From an uncultured Lachnospiraceae bacterium (lineage in GTDB: Bacteria; Bacillota; Clostridia; Lachnospirales; Lachnospiraceae), in NCBI GenBank assembly GCA_947650005.1, contig CANSTU010000009.1, positions 4,743 through 68,742 of the forward strand: a DNA stretch of 64,000 nucleotides. The letters run 5' to 3'. The translations under genes and the position numbers were made by a program. Each line of letters begins with the position of its first letter. Within the stretch, counting starts at the first letter, position 1. A model generated the notes under the pieces. That model worked only from the letters and a program-made list of their open reading frames with translations, ran no database searches and was not told the origin of the DNA. Positions 46,801-52,911 of the stretch are shown in pieces.

Positions 46801-48347
46801 TCGTAACCATATTGGCCCGCGTCATCGCCTGACTGTATCTGATCATAACCATACTGGGTCTGGCCATAACCCGGCTGATTTCCTGCGTACTCAGATTGAC
46901 CTACATCATAACCAGTCTGCATTTGGCTATAATCAGACTGACTTTGTCCATAATCATACTGACCTGCATCATAACCAGGCTGATTTGGGCCATAGCCATA
47001 CTCACCTGCATCATAGCCGGATTGATTTGGGCCATAACCATACTGGCTTGCATCATAACTGGATTGATTTGGGCCATAACCATACTGGCCTGCGTCATAA
47101 CCGGGTTGATTTGGGTCATAACCATACTGGCCTGCGTCATAACCGGATTGATTTGGGTCCTGGCCATACTGGCCTGCATCATAGCCCGATTGGCTTTGAC
47201 CATAGCCATATTGGCCCGCATCATAGCCCGATTGACTTTGGCTATAGCCGTACTGGCCTGTGTCATAACCGGGCTGACTTTGATCATAGCCGTACTGGCC
47301 CGCATCATAGCCCGATTGACTTTGGCTGTAGCCATACTGCGTCTGGCCATAACCGGACTGGCTTTGATCATAACCATATTGGCCCGCATCGTAACCGGAC
47401 TGGCTCGGGTCATAACCATATTGGCTTCCGTCATAGCCTGGCTGCGTTCCATCATAACCGTATTGAGCCTGATCATACCCCTGATCCTGCCCATATCCAT
47501 AAAGACGCTGCTGTTCCTGATACAGCTGCTCCCGGTACTGCTGCAGAGACATTCCATTTTGAAGGGTTTGACCGTTCTGCAAAACCTCTTTCATGCTTTC
47601 TGCCAGCTCTTTTTGCAAATTGAGCGTATTGTACTTTCCCATATCCATGGCTTTTACCTGGATATCCTGTTCCGCACCCCCTCTTGTGCCAGCACTCTTC
47701 TTGGAGTCCCCCGGCACGTTCAGGCCCTGTTTACGCATCATATAAACATCAAATTTCTGCTGCTGTGCCGGAGATAACGGCTGGTGGAGCAGCTTCAGCT
47801 CCATCGCCTTCATCACATATTTCCCCTCCCCAAACCAGAGAATCAGCTCATCACATTCTTCCACGCATTTCGTGGCCAGCCCCACTCTATGATACAGGTA
47901 CGCCAACTCATAGGCCCATCTTTCCCTATATTCCTTCTTCTTCATTTCCTCCAGGACGCCGATCCGCTCCTCAAGGCTCACGTCCTGCGCCTCGTACAAT
48001 TTGTACTGCAAAACAAAACGCCCGCTGTCACCGGGTGCAATCTGGACAAAATTCTTATAATATTCAATGGCCCCCAGCACATCCCCCATCTTAATTGCCA
48101 GCTCACATAGGGAATAAATGATCATCCTGCCGCCCGGATGCCGCTCATTTGCCATCTCCAGCAACGCCTTTGCATCATCGTATCTTCTGTTAGCATTATA
48201 GACGTCGCTGACCGTACAGAGCATCATCACGCTTTTTACCCTGCTCCAGTCTATGGTATCCGCTATCTTCGCGGCTTCCGCATATTTTTTCTGGGAACTT
48301 AGCGCCCTGATCTCCTCTGCCCGTATCTTATATTCATATTTATCCAA
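43818..48347 (-). CDS. 1509-aa protein: N-terminal TPR-like region, long low-complexity repeat-rich centre, C-terminal SpoVK/CbxX-like AAA+ domain with degenerate Walker motifs
   Basis: I prefer the TTG start at 48347 (GGTAGAGGTGA RBS 5 nt upstream; the track ATG at 48434 has none). The N-terminal ~200 aa is helical-repeat-like (YAEAAKIADTIDW..., AIEYYKNFVQIAPGDS..., ELAYLYHRVGL). The C-terminus aligns by eye to the SpoVK/CbxX AAA+ layout, but with LIITGDPGSDTLELAK in place of GxPGTGKT and GAMIIERAG in place of hhhhDEA. Confidence 0.75.
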   Translation of the reverse strand: MDKYEYKIRAEEIRALSSQKKYAEAAKIADTIDWSRVKSVMMLCTVSDVYNANRRYDDAKALLEMANERHPGGRMIIYSLCELAIKMGDVLGAIEYYKNFVQIAPGDSGRFVLQYKLYEAQDVSLEERIGVLEEMKKKEYRERWAYELAYLYHRVGLATKCVEECDELILWFGEGKYVMKAMELKLLHQPLSPAQQQKFDVYMMRKQGLNVPGDSKKSAGTRGGAEQDIQVKAMDMGKYNTLNLQKELAESMKEVLQNGQTLQNGMSLQQYREQLYQEQQRLYGYGQDQGYDQAQYGYDGTQPGYDGSQYGYDPSQSGYDAGQYGYDQSQSGYGQTQYGYSQSQSGYDAGQYGYDQSQPGYDTGQYGYSQSQSGYDAGQYGYGQSQSGYDAGQYGQDPNQSGYDAGQYGYDPNQPGYDAGQYGYGPNQSSYDASQYGYGPNQSGYDAGEYGYGPNQPGYDAGQYDYGQSQSDYSQMQTGYDVGQSEYAGNQPGYGQTQYGYDQIQSGDDAGQYGYDQNQPDNGQEQYTYDQMQPGYDSEQYDYGDMQAGYGGSDQPNGTGAGDGKGWSEVTDNRAPEEILPNYDDGRRKSPAAAVPYEDNGQAAYERGRRAYGSMQVYESLRPDYEEKQQEYENRRPVEQTNAREKIKFVESMRTVDGQEPEEGMRAVLPPQSERLPAQPTSEERSDSQQPVNGEEGKRSVGESLSQEHSSVSDEKQVEKQITGQMNIEDVMKEWEKMKQVNEEKRRRQLHDRMQKETGTLLRDFDTSSREGILEKLQKEEQIPVEKRKQVSDNVISAQTKIWAAEEVNNALKRAAKAEDSSSRIPSEETMTDTEAFEGERIGGTEKRRHAPNSRSSEGRHAETIDRRSEENTREEANDRSERSRLVAADRQSELIRREEQEVYTEKKSPDADRSQLEADRRQDGSRPESSRGVSEQNEDKSVYREKEDAHWGGNRYEHEIEMPEDNYRGTGEKQPGSERRGRDADTPETILQRAERERGRGKRWEADGMPVRNGYRESDGTSAANDRQEVGKTPVRDEIREADRTPARNGRQEAGKTLVRDEIREAERAPAGDGRLDVDGASARDERWETDRMPARDGRLDVDGASARDERWETDRMPARDGRLDVDGAPVRDSHREENGLPEEIYRQEADRRLVERDYRMPEEMRPFKSRTLQGNIYGGNMPPDGVQENIAGESISRMNVQNEIPEGNMLQESGLEEAQEGIPEENTSRQNRQEGHKQEAEGRYRRMEPGEGREKNRGLSSEEKRMFSSFVPTKGAMKRLAAALDKLSLAAYTGNLIITGDPGSDTLELAKNVIKDMRAKDRNFSGKLAKMSGPALNSGKKDPSEFIEKLSGGAMIIERAGEISRDGMQELLAALDQERWGILVILIDTKRNIRTLETENPEMEPFFNARFDIEALDNGTLVAYGCQYAKMQEYAIDELGRLALHTCIEGMQTIDHVVTVKDVRQIVNRAIDHANKKTPKHFMDVILAKRYDDDDMIILHEGDFMIE
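44959..45296. repeat. In-frame 72-nt (24-aa) tandem repeat array inside the giant gene
   Basis: Units start at 44959, 45031 and 45103; the first two are nearly identical and encode RDGRLDVDGASARDERWETDRMPA. A related 72-nt pair has CTCGGA landmarks at 45153 and 45225, encoding GKT(P/L)VRDEIREA(D/E)R(T/A)PA... Confidence 0.85.
46967..47470. repeat. In-frame 42-nt (14-aa) tandem repeat array inside the giant gene
   Basis: Twelve consecutive units by hand alignment, starting at 46967, 47009, 47051 ... 47429. They encode variants of QYGYDxSQSGYDAG. More degenerate copies flank the array, to about 46700 and 47500. Confidence 0.85.
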
Positions 48348-48600
48348 AATGTCACCTCTACCGTATGCCTCAGTAATGAGCCTTCCGACCCACTTTTTGC
48401 ATATAAGTTTACCATAACAGGACGCTTGCGGCAAGAGCGGAAGCGTGAAGTTTTTTAGGAGACCCCTGGCAGTTTATCCCACTCTCCCATCCCCCTTTTA
48501 CAGCATTGTTCCGTATCCCCCAGCCAGGTTAGCGTGGAATCAGGAACGCAACAGCAACCCAAGCGCCGCGTGCATACACCTAGTGCAGGCAAAAATTGTC

Positions 48601-48629
48601 TGGACAATACGCCGCTTTCGTGCTATAGT
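48601..48629 (+). promoter_or_regulatory. Candidate sigma-A promoter for the ABC-F gene leader
   Basis: TGGACA at 48601-48606, a 17-nt spacer, and TATAGT at 48624-48629. This implies a 5' leader of about 390 nt. Confidence 0.45.
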
Positions 48630-48744
48630 GAAATGGTTGATTAAAATTAGTATAAAAATGATTTAATAAAGAAAGGAAACACCTGCAATGCGGAAGTAAT
48701 CTGAATCTCCATTTACGCAAAAGAAATGTACCCCATGTCACCGA

Positions 48745-48773
48745 AAACCGGTTATGTTATCCGGTTTCTTTTG
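48745..48773 (+). terminator. First terminator-like hairpin in the ABC-F leader
   Basis: AAACCGG-ttatgttat-CCGGTTT followed by CTTTTGG. Confidence 0.45.
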
Positions 48774-48960
48774 GCAGACAGGTATCCTTTTTCTCACCGG
48801 AGTTCAGATAAACCGCATATATGAGAGGCATAGGTGTTTTTTTATTCCCTTCTTTCCGGTCTGTCGCCGGAACGAACTATCTTCCTGTGTTTTCTTTGGG
48901 CATGGCCGGCATTATGCAGCTTTTTAGCCCTTCATATCTTGCGAATCTGTGATTTATTTT

Positions 48961-48989
48961 CCTCCGGTGAACGACCGGAGGATTTTTTT
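48961..48989 (+). terminator. Canonical rho-independent terminator (attenuator) 34 nt upstream of the ABC-F start codon
   Basis: CCTCCGGT-gaacg-ACCGGAGG followed by ATTTTTTT. An upstream CACCGGAG (48795-48802) could pair with the left arm instead. Confidence 0.7.
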
Positions 48990-49022
48990 CCTGTCTGGCC
49001 CATTGAGAGGAGTGAGCGTTCC

Positions 49023-50573
49023 ATGTCTATCATACAGATTAAAAATCTTACCATAAACCATAAAAAAGATCTGCGTCCCCTTCTGCTCGATTTTTCCTTT
49101 ACCTTGAACGATGGGGAACGGGCAGTGATCATCAGTGAAGAGGGGAACGGAAAATCGACTCTTCTGAAGCTCATTTATGATGCGGCTTTGGTAACGGATT
49201 ATGTGGAGCATGCCGGGGAAATCCTCACACAGGGGCGCATCCTTGCCTATCTGCCCCAGGAATTCCCTGCCGATAAGAAGTCGCAGACCGTTTATGAATA
49301 CTGTCTGAACACCCCCGCTTTTATGGAGCAGACGCCACGGGAGTTAGCCGCGCTGGCCGCATCCTTGCAGCTTCCAAAAGACTTCTTTTACTCCGACCAG
49401 CCAACTGGCACACTCTCCGGCGGAGAAAAGGTGAAGCTGCAGATCGCTCTTCTTTGCATGATACAGCCCGACGCTTTCCTTCTGGATGAGCCGTCCAACG
49501 ATATCGATATTGAAACGCTGGAATGGCTGGAAACGTTTCTCAATACCTGCGGTAAAAGCGTCCTATACGTTTCCCACGATGAGACCCTCATCGAACGCAC
49601 AGCAAACGTGATCATCCATCTGGAGCAGGTAAGAAGAAAGACCCAGCCACGCGCCACCGTGGTCCGTATGCCCTATCGGGAATATATGCAAAACCGGCAG
49701 GATGCTTTCTGCCGTCAGGAACAGCTAGCCGCCAACGAGCGCCGGGAGTATCAGAAGCAGATGGAACGGTTCCGCCGTATCGAACAGAAGGTGGAAGCCA
49801 TGCAGGCCAGCATTACCCGCCAGGATCCCCACGGCGGACAGCTTTTGAAGAAAAAAATGAAGGCAGTAAAGAGCCAGGAACGCCGTTTCGAAAAGGGTCG
49901 GGAAAATATGACGGACATGCCGGACATGGAGCAGGCGATCTTTGTAAAAATTCTGCCGGAAAATCGTCTTCCCGCTGGAAAAACCGTCCTAGACTTTACC
50001 TGTGACAGCCTGGCCGTCCCAAACCGCGTCCTGGCCCAAAACGTCGCGTTGCGCGTCACAGGACCGGAAAAAATATGCATCATAGGCCGAAACGGCGTCG
50101 GAAAAACCACTCTGTTAAAGCAGATCGCCGACCTCCTCCTGCCCCGGAACGATCTCAAGGTTTCCTATATGCCCCAGGATTATGCCGATCTGCTGCCGGA
50201 GGATCAAACACCTGTGGAGTATCTTACCCACACTGGAGACAAGGACGAACTCACCACGATTCGTACTTATCTCGGCAGTATGCATTATACGGCGGATGAA
50301 ATGTCCCACCGCGTAAACGAACTTTCCGGCGGGCAGAAGGCTAAGCTGCTCTTTCTGAAAATGAGCCTGGAGGGTGCGGACTGCCTGATTCTGGACGAAC
50401 CCACCCGAAATTTCTCGCCTCTTTCGGGTCCGGTCATCAGACAGGTATTACAGGAATTCCCAGGAGCCATCATCAGCATTTCCCACGATAGGAAATATAT
50501 CCAGGAGGTATGCACTAAGGTATATCAGCTGACGGAAAATGGCCTTCTTCCTATTCCCCATCCGGGGAAATAA
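49023..50573 (+). CDS. ABC-F family ATPase (two ABC domains, no TM domain; ARE/ribosomal-protection-like)
   Basis: I start it at MSIIQIKNLT (ATG 49023, with GAGAGGAG upstream). Walker A motifs are SEEGNGKST and GRNGVGKTT; signatures are LSGGEKVKL and LSGGQKAKL. A charged interdomain linker of about 80 aa is present (EYMQNRQDAF...QERRFEKGREN). Confidence 0.85.
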   Translation: MSIIQIKNLTINHKKDLRPLLLDFSFTLNDGERAVIISEEGNGKSTLLKLIYDAALVTDYVEHAGEILTQGRILAYLPQEFPADKKSQTVYEYCLNTPAFMEQTPRELAALAASLQLPKDFFYSDQPTGTLSGGEKVKLQIALLCMIQPDAFLLDEPSNDIDIETLEWLETFLNTCGKSVLYVSHDETLIERTANVIIHLEQVRRKTQPRATVVRMPYREYMQNRQDAFCRQEQLAANERREYQKQMERFRRIEQKVEAMQASITRQDPHGGQLLKKKMKAVKSQERRFEKGRENMTDMPDMEQAIFVKILPENRLPAGKTVLDFTCDSLAVPNRVLAQNVALRVTGPEKICIIGRNGVGKTTLLKQIADLLLPRNDLKVSYMPQDYADLLPEDQTPVEYLTHTGDKDELTTIRTYLGSMHYTADEMSHRVNELSGGQKAKLLFLKMSLEGADCLILDEPTRNFSPLSGPVIRQVLQEFPGAIISISHDRKYIQEVCTKVYQLTENGLLPIPHPGK

Positions 50574-50579
50574 CTGCCA

Positions 50580-50603
50580 AGGGCTGCCCTATAGGGCAGC
50601 CCT
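50580..50603. terminator. GC-rich hairpin between convergent ABC-F and mutS2-like genes
   Basis: AGGGCTGCCC-tata-GGGCAGCCCT. The U-tails are poor on both strands. Confidence 0.5.
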
Positions 50604-50656
50604 GTTTATCCCGTCAAACTCATACGTCTGACGTATCCCGCCGGATAGCAGAACCC

Positions 50657-52582
50657 TCACTCCTCCTCATATCGGATTTCCACACCGGGCACATATTTCC
50701 TTTCCATTTGATGTCGGGCCTTTCGGTTTTCCACCGTATCGAAAATAATGGAAAAATCATAATCCGGTGGATACATTTCGCTGGCTGCCACCTTCAGCTG
50801 CAGCCTTTTATAGTTCACATAGCTTTTTTTCTTCTGGATCTGCACCCCCACCTCTCCTTTGTCATTGGCCGGAGCGAACACGATTCCCAACTTCCTCTGT
50901 GGATATACCATCACGCTGTCCCCTATGGTGAACCGGGACACAATCTCCTCCTTTTTACTCACGGGATTTTCCACACTGGCCTTTATCCTACGCGGACTCT
51001 CCCGCTTCCCTTCTTCCGTCCCTTCCTCTTGAAAGAAAGGCGCTTTCGCCGCCTGCTTTCCGTTGCCATAGGCCGCCCGACCGGCCCGCTCCAACAGTTT
51101 TTCCGACATACCCAGCCTTCTGGCAATGTGAAAAGCGCAGCTCTCCCCACTCTCTCCCAACTCCAGACGGTATAGGGGGCGAAGGCTTTCCCGGTCGAAC
51201 GCCATCCTGGCATTGATCACGCCCTCTGCCGCGTTTCCGTATTCCTTCACCTCCGGATAATGGGTAGTAACCAGGAAAAGGCAGCCCCTGTTTCTCAGTT
51301 CCTCCAATACCGCAACGGCAATACCCATCCCCTCTGCGGGATCGGTTCCGCTGCCCAACTCATCCATAAGCACCAGGCTTTCTGAATCCGCCTTTTCCAG
51401 GATCCGGATCACATTCTTGATATGAGAGGAAAAGGTGGACAGGTTTTCATGAATGCTCTGCCCGTCTCCCACGTCGCAGAAGACGTCCGCATGCATGGCC
51501 AGATCCGCTTCCTCACAGGGCACATGCAGACCGCACTGGGCCATCGCTGAAAGCAGGCCCACGGTTTTGAGGGCCACCGTTTTCCCGCCCGTATTGGGCC
51601 CAGTGATGATCACCCCTCGTATCTCGCCCCCGAACTGGATATTAAGCGGCACAGGCTTCTCGCCAGACAGGAGCGGATGTCTGCCATTTTTGATCAAGAT
51701 TCTTCGGCAGGTGTTCAGCCGGGGCGCCGACGCGCGCATGGATGCGCTGAGTTTTCCCTTGGCAAAAATAAAGTCCAGTTCTTCCATATATTCCAGGTTC
51801 CGGACGATCCCTTCCTGCGCATCCCCTACCATAGCGGACAGGGTATAGAGAATCATTTTTTCCTCATTTTCTTCTTCCACCTTTAATTGCGCCAATTCCT
51901 CGGTCAACTTTGCCACGGCGGCCGGCTCAATGAAAAGGGTTGCCCCTGTGGAGGAAATATCGATCACGCTTCCGGGAACCTTTCCCTTATATTCCTTTTT
52001 TACGGGAAGGGTATACCGGCCGTTTCTGGTGGATACGAAACTTTCGCTGAAATAAACTTTTGAACTGCGCAGGATTCCGTCCAGCTTCATTTTGATCTGG
52101 CTTTCCATCTGTTCCTGGCGGCGGCGGATGTTATGCAACGCCTTACTGGCATTATCCTCCACCCGTTCGTCCCGGATACACCGCTCAATTTCCTCCTGCA
52201 GCTGCGTCAACTCCTCAATTCCGTTTCCAAACCCGGCAATCCCGGGCGCCGTTTCCCTGCATCGTTTCAGATATCGCACCAGCCTCATTGCGAGCACCGC
52301 AAACTGCCTCACTCCGTTCAATTCCTGGGCGGAAAGCATCCCGCCCAGCCCAGCCTTCTGTGCCGTTTCCCGTATGCCGTCCATATTTCCCACCGGAGGC
52401 GTGCCGAAAGCATCCAGCACCCTTCGGGCCTCCGTGGTTTCACAAATGGCCGCTTCCGCCCGATCCTGCTCCAAAAATGGCTTCAGTTCCTCAAACCGTC
52501 TTCTCGACCTCTCACAGCATGCGGCTTCCTTCAGCCATTCCCTGATCTGATTAAACTCCAGCATCTCGTTGATATCGTTCAT
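50657..52582 (-). CDS. MutS2-related protein lacking the C-terminal Smr domain
   Basis: 641 aa. MutS domain V P-loop ITGPNTGGKTVALKTVGL and LVLMDELGSGTDP are present. The C-terminus (SRFTIGDSVMVYPQRKLGIVF...) looks KOW/SH3-like rather than Smr. Confidence 0.75.
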   Translation of the reverse strand: MNDINEMLEFNQIREWLKEAACCERSRRRFEELKPFLEQDRAEAAICETTEARRVLDAFGTPPVGNMDGIRETAQKAGLGGMLSAQELNGVRQFAVLAMRLVRYLKRCRETAPGIAGFGNGIEELTQLQEEIERCIRDERVEDNASKALHNIRRRQEQMESQIKMKLDGILRSSKVYFSESFVSTRNGRYTLPVKKEYKGKVPGSVIDISSTGATLFIEPAAVAKLTEELAQLKVEEENEEKMILYTLSAMVGDAQEGIVRNLEYMEELDFIFAKGKLSASMRASAPRLNTCRRILIKNGRHPLLSGEKPVPLNIQFGGEIRGVIITGPNTGGKTVALKTVGLLSAMAQCGLHVPCEEADLAMHADVFCDVGDGQSIHENLSTFSSHIKNVIRILEKADSESLVLMDELGSGTDPAEGMGIAVAVLEELRNRGCLFLVTTHYPEVKEYGNAAEGVINARMAFDRESLRPLYRLELGESGESCAFHIARRLGMSEKLLERAGRAAYGNGKQAAKAPFFQEEGTEEGKRESPRRIKASVENPVSKKEEIVSRFTIGDSVMVYPQRKLGIVFAPANDKGEVGVQIQKKKSYVNYKRLQLKVAASEMYPPDYDFSIIFDTVENRKARHQMERKYVPGVEIRYEEE

Positions 52583-52669
52583 TAGAATTCATCCTTTCCA
52601 TACAAAAAATCCACGGAGTCTGCCCCCTTGGATTTCCATTCTGAAAAGAAGCCTCGGATTTCAATGCAT

Positions 52670-52702
52670 AAAAAAGGGTATATCCCACACAGGAATATAC
52701 CC
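52670..52702 (-). terminator. Rho-independent terminator (minus strand)
   Basis: On the minus strand: GGGUAUAU, an 11-nt loop, AUAUACCC, then UUUUUU. Confidence 0.7.
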
Positions 52703-52876
52703 AATCCTCCAAGACCGATATATTACGCAGAACCTGTTCGGAAATTCCATCAGGGCAGACTTTCAGCGCGAAAATAAAACACCAATCACGCGCCTTTCTG
52801 CCTGATCACGCTATTCGCCTACTTTCCTCACATTTCCTGCACTTAACACAAACGATCCTCTCTTTCTTCTCTGATA
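52670..52876 (-). ncRNA. Candidate ~200-nt structured RNA or cis-regulatory leader (family not recognised)
   Basis: It is bounded by a consensus promoter (52883-52911) and a canonical terminator (52670-52702), with no convincing ORF or RBS. Nested helices are visible: AUCAGGCAGA/UCUGCCCUGAU enclosing GGCGCG/CGCGCU. Confidence 0.35.
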
Positions 52877-52882
52877 GGCTCT

Positions 52883-52911
52883 ATCATATCAGCACTTTTC
52901 TGAAATGTCAA
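52883..52911 (-). promoter_or_regulatory. Consensus sigma-A promoter overlapping the cofE-like stop codon
   Basis: On the minus strand: TTGACA (52911-52906), a 17-nt spacer, then TATGAT (52888-52883). Confidence 0.5.

Noticed and set aside
46700-47500. Regularly spaced direct repeats, considered as a possible CRISPR array.
   Set aside because: The units are contiguous (42-nt period with no unique spacers), imperfect in a codon-wise manner, in frame within a long ORF, and no cas genes are nearby.
46896-47777. A 293-aa plus-strand ORF with a striking hydrophobic 14-aa repeat (ILACIITGLIWAIT...) that looks like a repetitive membrane protein. Similar repeat-derived ORFs lie at 46985..47623 (+) and 46901..47557 (-).
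   Set aside because: These are alternative-frame or mirror-strand readings of the 42-nt tandem repeat inside the giant minus-strand gene. That gene's frame is continuous with conserved N- and C-terminal domains. The other frames have no RBS or start context and exist only because the repeat lacks stops.
52670-52876. T-box leader, 6S RNA or a known riboswitch class for the ~200-nt promoter-to-terminator unit.
   Set aside because: There is no T-box sequence (GGUGGNACCGCG-like). There is no 5'/3' closing helix with a central bubble as in 6S RNA. I found no recognisable TPP, FMN, c-di-GMP, ZTP or guanidine cores by eye. It is reported only as an unclassified candidate.
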